63,092 nt of DNA from Elusimicrobia bacterium UBA4817 (lineage in GTDB: Bacteria > Elusimicrobiota > UBA8919): assembly GCA_002402375.1 (NCBI GenBank), contig DHFT01000047.1, forward strand, positions 1 to 63,092, in the 5' to 3' direction. Below are positions 9,043 through 18,228 of this stretch, one piece after another. The translations under genes and the position numbers were made by a program. Below the pieces are notes generated by a model, which was given only the letters and a program-made list of their open reading frames with translations, had not been told where the DNA came from and made no database searches. Numbering within the stretch: position 1 is the stretch's first letter; every line of letters starts with the position of its first letter.

Positions 9043-10178
9043 TGATTAAATCAGTACGAGAAATAGAATTTAATTTTAAAGGTGAGGATACTTCGTATCT
9101 CACCCACTCATTGCATCCATATCCGGCAAAATTTCCACCACAACTCCCCAAAAGAATTTTAGAACGGTATGCAGTAAAAGAGCAAACAGTTCTTGACCCG
9201 TTTTGCGGTTCTGGAACTACACTTATTGAAGCGAGGATTTTCGGAGTTAATGCAATCGGAGTGGATGTGAATGGATTATCAACGCTGCTTTCAAAAGTGA
9301 AAGCAACACCGCTATCGCAAAAGCAATTCAATACAATAGAAATATTTGTTTCTAAAATAGAGAACGAAGTTTTTAAATGGAAATTCAGCAACAGACCTAA
9401 AATAAAAGTAAAAGAAATTGAAGGGTTAGATCATTGGTTTCAGAATAATGTATCAGAAGAAATTACATTTTTACTTAACGAAATAAACTTAATCAAAAAT
9501 AATGATATTCGGGATTTTTTAAAAATTGTTTTGTCATCAATTATTGTTCGTGTTTCAAATCAGGATAGTGATACACGCTTTGCAGCAATTGACAAGAACA
9601 TTCAGAATGGATATACGCTTGAACAATTCTGCAAGAAAGCAAACGAATATAATTCCAGAATAATGGAGTATTCAAAACTCATTAATGACAAAACGGAATT
9701 ACAAATATTTAATGCTGATAGCAGAAATCTAGATTTCATTCCTGATAACTCAATTGACTTAATAATTACTTCTCCACCCTATGCTAACAGTTACGATTAT
9801 TATTTATATCATAAATTCAGAAAACTCTGGCTTGATTTAGATGTTAAGTTTGCACAGAATAATGAAATTGGTTCAAGGCGGGAATACTCAAGTTTAAAAG
9901 AGAATCCTGAAAAGTGGAATAACGATTTAATAAAATGTTTTATAGAAATGCAACGAGTATTAAAACCCAATCATCTTGCATTTATTGTAATCGGAGACAG
10001 CGTGATAAAAAAAGAACTGATAAAAATTGAAAAAGAAATATCGGACTTTGCTCCAAGCACTGGTTTTAGAGTTAATGAAATTTTATCTTCTGATTTATCA
10101 AATCATTCAAAAATATTTAATCCGACTTTTGCTCAAAAAGGCAAGAAGGAACATCTGATAATTTTACAAAAGCAATAA
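9039..10178 (+). CDS. DNA methyltransferase 2 (N4-C/N6-A family, SPPY catalytic motif)
   Basis: HPYPAKFPPQL, then LDPFCGSGTTLIEA, then ~155 aa, then IITSPPYANSYDY. The start overlaps the MTase 1 stop (ATGA). Confidence 0.8.
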   Translation: MMIKSVREIEFNFKGEDTSYLTHSLHPYPAKFPPQLPKRILERYAVKEQTVLDPFCGSGTTLIEARIFGVNAIGVDVNGLSTLLSKVKATPLSQKQFNTIEIFVSKIENEVFKWKFSNRPKIKVKEIEGLDHWFQNNVSEEITFLLNEINLIKNNDIRDFLKIVLSSIIVRVSNQDSDTRFAAIDKNIQNGYTLEQFCKKANEYNSRIMEYSKLINDKTELQIFNADSRNLDFIPDNSIDLIITSPPYANSYDYYLYHKFRKLWLDLDVKFAQNNEIGSRREYSSLKENPEKWNNDLIKCFIEMQRVLKPNHLAFIVIGDSVIKKELIKIEKEISDFAPSTGFRVNEILSSDLSNHSKIFNPTFAQKGKKEHLIILQKQ

Positions 10179-12001
10179 TGGAAATAAGAATTTACTACGA
10201 ATGTTTAGAACAGGGATATAATTACATCAAGCCCATCATTGATGAAATTCTTCTTAATAGAGATATTCCTGTCAAGTTAATAAAACGGTCACGTAAGCCA
10301 GAACAATTACCCAAAGGTGTTCTCTTTGCAATCCAGTCGTTAACCACTCCGGACATTTTAATTACTGCCATAAATGAAAACAAAGAACATCCTTTAGTTT
10401 TAATTGAGTTTACTGAAGCAGTAACCACAGAAGACCACGAATTACAAAGGACTTATGGGGCAGTTGCCTCTTATCTTTCTGATATGTATTACATCAAAGT
10501 TTCAGGATATAAAAAATCCGAAAAGATTTTTGGAGGAGCCGAATATAATCCATATTCAACTCCGAAAATTCTAATAGACAATTTTAACTACGAAGGATTT
10601 ATTATTGCTGATTGGAAAACTGAGGATGAAAATATTTACAATCTCAGCAGAAGCAGTAATTTACTCGGTTGTCCCCCTCTCATACCGATTCTCAAAGATA
10701 CTATACAATTGGCTGTAAAAAGTTTTATTGACTCATCTGAAAATTGGTTTAAGAATTCGATTGTATTGCTTAAGAAGAGAAACACATATCTAATATTTCG
10801 TGAAAAAGTTGATAAAGCAACCGGCACGGAAGTTCTTTTAAAAACTTGGAAAGAAAGAGAAGAAAGAAACGAGAATAGAAATAATTTGAGGTATTTCGTT
10901 GACAAAAAATGGATTGGTGCAAAAATCAATCGCTTTTCACACGCGATGGATCCTGACAGAGGAATTTTAACATTCATTTCATTTGTTTGGTCCAACTCTT
11001 ATGAAATCTTTGGCATTTACGCGCTTGTAAGACAAAGAGGAGAAGATATTCTAAAAAGTGAACTGAAAAATTTAAAGCAACTTAAAACAAAACTGAAAGC
11101 AGCAATAGAAAAAGATGGAGGAGGTATTCCGAAATGGTTTGCCGATGAATTAAAAAAAGTTGTGTTATCTGCAAAAACACTAAATGCAGAGATAAATTTT
11201 CAACCCGTTTGGGAAAAATATAAAAACAAGATTTCAGAAAATAAAGTGGTAATGACAATTGCATATTTTCTTGATGGAATGTATTTAAACCATAATGGAA
11301 TAAAACTATATTGGGACAGATATAAACTTTTGGGAAAGAGTAAAAGTGATTTTATTCCCTTGATGAAAAGCTACTTTGGATTCAATAATTATGTTTCCGC
11401 TATTTCCACGGAAAAAATTGAAATGGAAGTTGATGAAGATGAAGTTACATATGCAATAGTACACCGAGTTTTAATCCCCAACAAATTTCGAATAGTTTCG
11501 ATTAGTTATCCTGGCTCACAAGGTGGCGGTGCAATTTTACCAGACCCTGATTTAGGAAAAGCACAACCACGAGAGTATCCTGATATTATTGCTTTACCAC
11601 CAGAGAAAGATAAAAACATTGATGTCATTTTGAATGAAAGTAAAGGAATGTTTAACCAAGCAAGTGTTGAAAAAGACATGGGCAAAATTTTGCGTTATAA
11701 AACTGATAAAAAACTTCAAAAAGCATTGAAGGAAACACTCATAGTTGCAAAAGTAATAGACCAAAACGACAATGTTTATAAGATACTTATTGGTGTTGCA
11801 TTTGGAGTGACAAACAACACATCGACAACTTGGAAACCAGACAAAGTTGATTTTATTTTTAGAATTGTTAATAGAGAAAATTGGGCAATTGGAATTTTTA
11901 ATCAGTCATTGCGGGAGTTAATTCCGACTATTTCGGGAAAGACAAATTTCCCGGAAGTATATAAAATTGTTGACGAGCATAGCCAACAAAATTTGTTTTA
12001 A
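10178..12001 (+). CDS. Candidate restriction endonuclease (607 aa) with a C-terminal PD-(D/E)xK motif
   Basis: The start overlaps the MTase 2 stop (TAATG). YPD469IIAL...(18 aa)...NE487SK489 fits PD...ExK. There is also a degenerate N-terminal look-alike, TPD59ILIT...IE77FT. Confidence 0.55.
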   Translation: MEIRIYYECLEQGYNYIKPIIDEILLNRDIPVKLIKRSRKPEQLPKGVLFAIQSLTTPDILITAINENKEHPLVLIEFTEAVTTEDHELQRTYGAVASYLSDMYYIKVSGYKKSEKIFGGAEYNPYSTPKILIDNFNYEGFIIADWKTEDENIYNLSRSSNLLGCPPLIPILKDTIQLAVKSFIDSSENWFKNSIVLLKKRNTYLIFREKVDKATGTEVLLKTWKEREERNENRNNLRYFVDKKWIGAKINRFSHAMDPDRGILTFISFVWSNSYEIFGIYALVRQRGEDILKSELKNLKQLKTKLKAAIEKDGGGIPKWFADELKKVVLSAKTLNAEINFQPVWEKYKNKISENKVVMTIAYFLDGMYLNHNGIKLYWDRYKLLGKSKSDFIPLMKSYFGFNNYVSAISTEKIEMEVDEDEVTYAIVHRVLIPNKFRIVSISYPGSQGGGAILPDPDLGKAQPREYPDIIALPPEKDKNIDVILNESKGMFNQASVEKDMGKILRYKTDKKLQKALKETLIVAKVIDQNDNVYKILIGVAFGVTNNTSTTWKPDKVDFIFRIVNRENWAIGIFNQSLRELIPTISGKTNFPEVYKIVDEHSQQNLF

Positions 12002-12071
12002 GTTTATTTTTAAAGTAGATAATGTAAAGTGACATTGTGTATAATAAATCATTATGTTTCAGGAGCGAAAT

Positions 12072-12884
12072 ATGAACGACATTTTTTCAAAAATTGCGGA
12101 ATTGCAGAAGGAAAACAAACCGTTTGTTTTGGCTACTCTTGTGAATACTTCCGAGTCGGTTCCGCAGCATATCGGCGCAAAAATAATAATTCTGCCTGAC
12201 GGTAAGACATTCGGGACCATCGGCGGCGGTGCTTTGGAAAAAAATACTGTTAAAGAGGCGCAGAAACTTCTATCATCGGGCGAAAACAAAGTCGTGAAGA
12301 TTACTTACGATTTAACGCTCAAAAAGAACAGCGAAAGAGGAATTATGCTGGGGATGTTGTGCGGCGGTCGTGCGGAGGTTATGTTTGAGGTAGTGGTTCC
12401 GTCAAATGATATGGTCATCTGCGGCGGCGGTCATATCGGGGAAAAACTTGCAGTGCTCTGCGATATTTTGGGATTTTCATACTCAGTTATTGATAATCGG
12501 CCGGAATTTGCCGACGAGAAACGCTTTCCGAATGCCTCAAAAGTTGTCTGCAAAAAATTTTCGCAGGCGTTAAAAGAGATGAAAATAAGCGGTTCAACGG
12601 CAATCGTAATAGTTACTTTCGGGCATCTATATGACGAGGAATGTTTGAAAGCGGCGATTAAGTCACCCGCTTATTATATCGGTATGATAGGAAGTAAAAA
12701 CAAGGTGGAAACGATTTTTGAGCATCTTACAAAACAGGGACTAAAAATTAGCGACAAAGTTTATTCGCCAATCGGATTGGATGTCGGCAGCGAGACCCCC
12801 GCCGGAATTGCTTTAAGTATTCTCGCTGAAATTTTGAAAGTGAAAAACAAAACCACCGGAAAATCATTGAGAATACAGGTTTAA
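12072..12884 (+). CDS. xdhC: XdhC/CoxI-family molybdoenzyme maturation chaperone
   Basis: N-terminal FVLATLVNTSESVPQHIGAKIIILPDGKTFGTIGGGALE pattern plus a C-terminal Rossmann-like half (VICGGGHIG). AGGAG RBS before the ATG at 12072. Confidence 0.8.
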   Translation: MNDIFSKIAELQKENKPFVLATLVNTSESVPQHIGAKIIILPDGKTFGTIGGGALEKNTVKEAQKLLSSGENKVVKITYDLTLKKNSERGIMLGMLCGGRAEVMFEVVVPSNDMVICGGGHIGEKLAVLCDILGFSYSVIDNRPEFADEKRFPNASKVVCKKFSQALKEMKISGSTAIVIVTFGHLYDEECLKAAIKSPAYYIGMIGSKNKVETIFEHLTKQGLKISDKVYSPIGLDVGSETPAGIALSILAEILKVKNKTTGKSLRIQV

Positions 12885-12912
12885 CGACAATTAAAAATAT
12901 AAAATGCAAAAT

Positions 12913-12990
12913 TGACAGTGAAACTGTCATTCCCGTGAAAACGGGAATCTATGGATTCCGTGTCAAGCACGGAATGACACTTCGTGTCAT
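12913..12990. terminator. Four stacked hairpins between convergent genes (bidirectional terminator / REP-like cluster)
   Basis: TGACAGTgaaACTGTCA, TTCCCGTgaaaACGGGAA, ATTCCGTGtcaagCACGGAAT and ATGACACttcGTGTCAT, followed by a T-rich run. Confidence 0.55.
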
Positions 12991-13014
12991 TTTTAATTTT
13001 TAATTGCTTTTTTT

Positions 13015-13260
13015 CTATCCGCCGCCTATAGCCATAAGTACTTTAATGTTTGCTTTGTTGGGAATTTTTTCCGAAAAGTCGCCTACCGATTTGCTGTTTG
13101 AAATAATGGTGAGATGTCTTGAATGTTCCGGTGAGAATTTTAAAGATTTTGTCAGGAGTTGCTCGTAGGTAGTTCCTTCCTTGATTTTCAAAGTAAATTT
13201 ATTTTTTTTAATTTTTTTCTGCAAAGCCCCGAAAACTTCACATTCTATTGTATAGTTCAT
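13015..13260 (-). CDS. MoaD/ThiS-like ubiquitin-fold sulfur-carrier protein (81 aa, C-terminal GGG)
   Basis: Size, beta-grasp-like pattern and the C-terminus ...VLMAIGGG. Lies downstream of the minus-strand XDH-family operon. Confidence 0.5.
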   Translation of the reverse strand: MNYTIECEVFGALQKKIKKNKFTLKIKEGTTYEQLLTKSLKFSPEHSRHLTIISNSKSVGDFSEKIPNKANIKVLMAIGGG

Positions 13261-13272
13261 ATTTCTATTTTT

Positions 13273-13389
13273 TTAGTGAGAGCGAGGGAAAAATTTCTGA
13301 AGAGCCTCAATTTGCGACTTATTCTTTCCAAGAGCAAATTGCAGAGCGAGTTATGAAGAGCGTCTCAAAGAAATTTGTTCCCGAGCGAC
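13273..13389 (-). repeat. ~120-bp TIR repeat element, copy 2 (family R120, inverted orientation)
   Basis: Its reverse complement aligns by eye with 961..1077 at nearly every position. It overlaps the last 8 codons and the stop of L3. Confidence 0.8.
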
Positions 13390-15698
13390 TTTATTGCGGC
13401 AAGTACTTTATCCGGCGTGAAAGGGGCATTATACAGTCGCGCCCCGACGGCGTCATATATAGCATTGGCAATCACCGGACACGGACCGTTAATTCCTATT
13501 TCCGAAACGCTTTTTGCTCCGAAAGGTCCTGTCGGCTCATAAGTCGGGACAAGAATCGTTTTTATTTCAGGTAAATCTGCGGTGCTGAAAATTTTGTAAT
13601 TATCAAAATTGGGGTTAAGCATTCTGCCTTTTTCGTTGAATATGTATCTTTCGCAGAGCGCATATGACAAGCCGTTTAAAACCGCACCCTCCGTTTGTCC
13701 TTCTGCCGAAATCGGGTTAATAGCCGTCCCGCAATCAACAGCCGCAACATATTTTATAACCCGCACTTTGCCGGTCAGAGTATCAACCTCCACTTCGGCA
13801 AAATGCGCCGAAAAAGGCGGCGGCGATTTGTGGGTTATGTGAGAATCGCTCGCCATTATCTGGTGCTGATGTTTTGTGTAAAGCGAATAATTTGCGATTT
13901 CAGAGAAGGTAACTTTTCCGGTTTTCCCGAACACCGTAGAATGTTCTGCTTTAAGATTTTCCAGCGGTTCTTTAAGCATTTCCGAGGCGACTTTCAATAT
14001 CTGTTCTTTTACTTTCTGTGCCGTTTTTATCACTGCCTGTCCCGAAAGATATGTCGTTGAAGATGCATAAGCGCCGACGTCAAACGGCGTTAAGTCGGTA
14101 TCGGACGAATAAACAATCATTTTGTCCGTCTCAGTAGCCAGAACTTCCGCTGCAATCTGTGCCATAATAGTATCTGAGCCGGTGCCAAGGTCCGTTGCTC
14201 CTATAAGCAGATTGAACGAGCCGTCCTCATTCATTTTCATAAATGCGGCGCCCATATCAATTTCCGGAATGGACGAGCCCTGCATCATTATCGTCATTCC
14301 GACTCCGCGTCTGAATCTGCCTGTTTGTTTTTTTCTTCTTTTTTGGTACCAGTTGATTTCTTTCGCGCCCAATTCAATACATTTATCAAGTCCGCAGGAA
14401 GAAATACTCTGCTCAACGCCCTCAACTCCTTCGCCGAGCGCCGCAAAAACGGGGGAGGTCTCGCCGACCAGTATATGAATTTTTTTTGACCATTCAACGA
14501 TATCAACGCCGATTTTTTCAGCCATTTCGTCAAGTTGAATTCCCATCGCAAAATATCCCTCGGTAGCGCCGTAGCCGCGGTATGCACCGCAAACGGGAAG
14601 ATTGGTATAGACGACATCTCCGTCAAAGATTACATTTTTGCATTTGAATAACGGAAGAATTTTGCTGCCGGTGTTGCAAAGTATCGTTAAACTGTGGGAG
14701 CCGTACGCTCCGTTATTCTGAACTATTCTCATATCTATTGCGGAAAAGGTGCCGTCTTTTTTTACGCCGGTTTTAAGATTTATTATCTGAGGATGCCTGC
14801 ATCTTGAAGAGACGAATTCCTCGCTTCTCGTGTATTTTAAGCATACCGCCTGATTGGTTTTCATCGCAAGTGCGGCTACCAGCGGCTCAATAAGAACTTC
14901 CTGTTTTCCTCCGAAACCGCCGCCGATGCGCGGTTTTATCACTCTGATTTTTTGTACCGGAATATTCAGCGCTCTTGCGACTATTCTGCGCACGTGGAAC
15001 GGGACCTGAGTGCTTGTTAGTATAACCATTCTTCCGTGAACGTCAAAATATGCGGTTGAGATATGTGTCTCAATCGGAGTGTGCTGAGCGTAATGAATAT
15101 CGTATTCATGCTCAATAACATAGTCAGATTCTTTCAATGCTTTTTCAGCGTCGCCGATTTTTATGTCTATATGAGCGCAAATATTTTTTTTTGGTTGATA
15201 TGCAAGAGGCAGAGGCATGCGGGCTTCTTTTTCATCGTGGATTACAGGTGCGTTTTTTTTTCTGGAATTTTTCGGGTCAAGGAGCGGTTCCAAAATTTCA
15301 TAGTCAACTTTTATAAGTTTCAGCGCTTCGTTTGCGATTTCTTCCGTTTCCGCCGCGACCGCCGCCACCCTGTCACCGACGAACCTTACCTTATTGTCTA
15401 AGATGAAAGAATCATATGGAGACGGCTCAGGAGCGCCCTGACCTGCCGTCGTGAACGGAATCCGCGGGACGTCTTTATATGTCAGAACGGCTTTTACACC
15501 GGGCAATTTTTCGGCTTTGGATGTATCTATTTTTTTTATTCTTGCATGCGCGTGCGGACTCCATAAGACCTTCGCCCACAGCATTCCTGGTATGATAAAA
15601 TCACCTACGAACACCGGCTGTCCGGTGACCAGCGCCTGTCCGTCAACTTTTATTTTGCTTTTTCCGACTTGCAGAAAATTATTTTTTACTTCGTTCAT
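13365..15698 (-). CDS. Xanthine dehydrogenase-family molybdopterin-binding large subunit, L3
   Basis: RIGGGFGGKQEV, CGAYRGYGATE and GPFGAKSVSEIG motifs; 777 aa. Confidence 0.9.
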   Translation of the reverse strand: MNEVKNNFLQVGKSKIKVDGQALVTGQPVFVGDFIIPGMLWAKVLWSPHAHARIKKIDTSKAEKLPGVKAVLTYKDVPRIPFTTAGQGAPEPSPYDSFILDNKVRFVGDRVAAVAAETEEIANEALKLIKVDYEILEPLLDPKNSRKKNAPVIHDEKEARMPLPLAYQPKKNICAHIDIKIGDAEKALKESDYVIEHEYDIHYAQHTPIETHISTAYFDVHGRMVILTSTQVPFHVRRIVARALNIPVQKIRVIKPRIGGGFGGKQEVLIEPLVAALAMKTNQAVCLKYTRSEEFVSSRCRHPQIINLKTGVKKDGTFSAIDMRIVQNNGAYGSHSLTILCNTGSKILPLFKCKNVIFDGDVVYTNLPVCGAYRGYGATEGYFAMGIQLDEMAEKIGVDIVEWSKKIHILVGETSPVFAALGEGVEGVEQSISSCGLDKCIELGAKEINWYQKRRKKQTGRFRRGVGMTIMMQGSSIPEIDMGAAFMKMNEDGSFNLLIGATDLGTGSDTIMAQIAAEVLATETDKMIVYSSDTDLTPFDVGAYASSTTYLSGQAVIKTAQKVKEQILKVASEMLKEPLENLKAEHSTVFGKTGKVTFSEIANYSLYTKHQHQIMASDSHITHKSPPPFSAHFAEVEVDTLTGKVRVIKYVAAVDCGTAINPISAEGQTEGAVLNGLSYALCERYIFNEKGRMLNPNFDNYKIFSTADLPEIKTILVPTYEPTGPFGAKSVSEIGINGPCPVIANAIYDAVGARLYNAPFTPDKVLAAIKSLGNKFL

Positions 15699-16165
15699 TT
15701 TTTACCTTGTAATTTTTTTGCCGCAAGTTTCACCGCATCAATAATTTTTACATATCCCGTGCATCTGCAAAGATTACCGTCTAATGCGAGTTTTATTTCT
15801 TCATCTTTTGGCATCGGATTTTTATCCAACAGCGATTTGGTGCTCAATACCATCCCCGGCGTGCAATACCCGCACTGTACGGCTCCCGTTTCCAGATATG
15901 CCTGCTGTATTTTATCCAGGTTGTTTGGTTTGCCTAATCCTTCTATAGTTGTGATTTTTTTGCCGCTTGTCCGTCCAGCCGGATAAATACAGGAGTTAAC
16001 CGCTAATCCGTTTATGAGCACGACGCATGCTCCGCATTGTCCCTGCCTGCACCCTTCTTTTGCGCCGATATAACCGTGGCGTCTTAAAACATCAAGCAAC
16101 GGCTCGGTATAACCTTTTATGTTAAGTTTCTTTTTTTCTTCGTTTATAAACGTTTCAATTTTCAT
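15695..16165 (-). CDS. Mo-hydroxylase [2Fe-2S] small subunit, S3
   Basis: CRQGQCGACVV, CGYCTPG and CRCTGY. Confidence 0.9.
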   Translation of the reverse strand: MKIETFINEEKKKLNIKGYTEPLLDVLRRHGYIGAKEGCRQGQCGACVVLINGLAVNSCIYPAGRTSGKKITTIEGLGKPNNLDKIQQAYLETGAVQCGYCTPGMVLSTKSLLDKNPMPKDEEIKLALDGNLCRCTGYVKIIDAVKLAAKKLQGKK

Positions 16166-16174
16166 AATTCTTTT

Positions 16175-16258
16175 TACCGCAGAGACGATGAGAACGCAGA
16201 GTAAATCTTAAAAATTATTTATTTTTGTCTTTCTCTGCGACCTCTGTGGCTCCGCGGT
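16175..16258. repeat. PAL-B palindromic repeat spanning the M3 stop and the S3 start region
   Basis: ACCGCAGAGACGATGAGAACGCAGAG ... CTCTGCGACCTCTGTGGCTCCGCGGT. The right arm encodes the M3 tail ...GATEVAEKD. Confidence 0.6.
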
Positions 16259-17096
16259 TATATTTATTGTTTATCAATTCAAGAAAAATTGCTCCCAATA
16301 TTTCCCGTTTATAATCTTTTGCGACACGGATGTCCGCACTGATAACCGCTTCGTCTTGAAGTGATTTTGTCAGCAATTTTATCGTATTAGCCGTCAGTTG
16401 TTTATTTTTAAGCAGTTTCTCCGTTTTTATAAATCTTTGGGGAAGAATTGTAAGACCCGTTGCTACTATTTTTATATTTTCAATTGTGCTTTTGTTTTTT
16501 AGTTTGTAAAGTACGCCCATGCTTAAAATAGGATAATCGGTAGAGGTCAAAGAAAACTTTTTCCATCCGCCGATTAAATCTTTGTTGTCCAGCGGAATTC
16601 TGATTTCAGTAACGATATCTTTTCCCAGTATAGTTTTTGGAAGTTTGGAAAAAAATTCTTTTGCCGGATAAATTTTTCCTTTTGCCGTGATTATTTTACC
16701 ATCCAGCAAAAGCAAAACTCCCGGCAGCGCCGACCACGGCCTTAAGCCCACTATGTTGCCGCCTGCCGTAATCATATTTCTGTTCGGCGTTGATGCTATT
16801 GCAATAGCGCATTTCCGAATTAAGCCGTTCCACGGTTCGCCCTGCGCCCGTTTTTGGGCTTGAGGCCAGACCGACAATTGTCCGATTGTTGTCATCGCTC
16901 CGACGGATAAGTTGTTTTTGTCCGATTTAATGTAGTTAAGATTTAGTCCGTCTAATTCTATGTATGAAGCATTCTCGGTTGGATTTATTAAAAGTGTAGT
17001 TCCCCCGGCAAGCGGTAAAATCTTTTCTTTGCCGCTATTAAGTATTTTTAACGCTTCCGGTAGTTTCTTGGGAAGATATACGGTATTATTATTCAT
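16215..17096 (-). CDS. Mo-hydroxylase FAD-binding medium subunit, M3
   Basis: LAGGTTLLINP motif and CoxM-like architecture. The last ~15 codons lie in a palindromic repeat. Confidence 0.8.
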   Translation of the reverse strand: MNNNTVYLPKKLPEALKILNSGKEKILPLAGGTTLLINPTENASYIELDGLNLNYIKSDKNNLSVGAMTTIGQLSVWPQAQKRAQGEPWNGLIRKCAIAIASTPNRNMITAGGNIVGLRPWSALPGVLLLLDGKIITAKGKIYPAKEFFSKLPKTILGKDIVTEIRIPLDNKDLIGGWKKFSLTSTDYPILSMGVLYKLKNKSTIENIKIVATGLTILPQRFIKTEKLLKNKQLTANTIKLLTKSLQDEAVISADIRVAKDYKREILGAIFLELINNKYNRGATEVAEKDKNK

Positions 17097-17136
17097 TAAA
17101 GTAATTCTATAATATTTTTTTTATTTTGTCAACATT

Positions 17137-18228
17137 TTATTTATTTTCAAAAATTATTATTCCGTCTTTCCAAAAAGCCGTTTTTATTTTTAGTCCGTTC
17201 CGGAGATTATATCTTTTATAAATAAGCGAGGGAAACTTCGCCAAAAAAACAGGTTTTTTTCCGCCGGATAAAATATGCAATCTCATCATACAGGTGTCGG
17301 AAAAAAAATAGGAAGATATAATTTCTGCGTCAAACATATTTTCTTTGAGTTCTTCTCTTATTGGATAACCTTCTTTTATCACTTTTATCGCGTCGGGTCT
17401 TATACAAAATTTTATATTTTGACCGGTTTCAAATTTCTTAATATCGCTGTTAGCGTATATTTTCATACCGTTATATTCCAAAATTATATTTTGTCCGTCC
17501 TGTGAAATAATTTTCCCGTCAAAGATATTTTTCAATCCAAGAAATTTTGCCGCTGTTTCATTTTTTGGTTTTGTAAAAATTTGCTCTGCTGTACCCTGCT
17601 GAATAATTTCGCCGTCAATAATTATACCCATTTTATCGGCAACCGCATAACCTTCGTCAAGATTGTGAGTAATGTGTATTGTCGGAGTTCCTAATTTTTT
17701 TAATATGTTTTTTAACTCAAACCATAACTCATTTTTCAATCCTTCGTGAATTGCCGAGAAGGGCTCATCAAGCAACAAAACTTTCGGTTTTACAACCAAC
17801 GCTCTTGCAAGTGCTATCCTTTGCGCTTCGCCACCAGAAAGATTTTTTATTTCACGCTCAAGGAGTAATTCTATATCCAACAGTTTTGCGATTTTCAGCA
17901 CCTCATTTTTTGTTTCGTCCGATTTTTTCTTAATTTTCAATCCGAAAGCAATATTTTCAAAAACATTCATATTCGGAAACAGCAGATAATTTTGCGGCAA
18001 AAATCCTATATTTCTTTCTTCGGGCATAATATTTGAGAGTTCTTTTCCGTTTAAGAATATTTTTCCTGTAGTTGTTTTGTTCAGTCCGAGAATGCTTTTA
18101 AGCAAAGTCGTTTTGCCGCTGCCGGTAGGTCCCAGAAGTACGAAATACCGGTTGTTTTCAACTTCAAGATTTATATCCGCGAGACAAAATTTTCCGATTT
18201 TATAATTGAGGTTTTCTATTTTCAGCAT
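17137..18228 (-). CDS. modC: Molybdate/tungstate ABC transporter ATP-binding protein with C-terminal TOBE-like domain
   Basis: Walker A GPTGSGKTT, signature LSGGEAQRIALARAL, Walker B LLLDEP. ~120-aa C-terminal extension. Confidence 0.8.
   Translation of the reverse strand: MLKIENLNYKIGKFCLADINLEVENNRYFVLLGPTGSGKTTLLKSILGLNKTTTGKIFLNGKELSNIMPEERNIGFLPQNYLLFPNMNVFENIAFGLKIKKKSDETKNEVLKIAKLLDIELLLEREIKNLSGGEAQRIALARALVVKPKVLLLDEPFSAIHEGLKNELWFELKNILKKLGTPTIHITHNLDEGYAVADKMGIIIDGEIIQQGTAEQIFTKPKNETAAKFLGLKNIFDGKIISQDGQNIILEYNGMKIYANSDIKKFETGQNIKFCIRPDAIKVIKEGYPIREELKENMFDAEIISSYFFSDTCMMRLHILSGGKKPVFLAKFPSLIYKRYNLRNGLKIKTAFWKDGIIIFENK

Noticed and set aside
13159-13574. Plus-strand ORFs 13159..13356 and 13248..13574.
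   Set aside because: They run antisense to the MoaD-like gene and the L3 3' end, and through the R120 repeat. They are repeat-derived reading frames.
2527-15698. The XDH-family large subunits as aerobic CO dehydrogenase (CoxL), which would be tempting next to Wood-Ljungdahl genes.
   Set aside because: The active-site loop lacks the AYxCSFR signature (it reads GAFRGFGQPQ and GAYRGYGATE). The neighbours are mocA, xdhC and nucleobase-catabolic genes.
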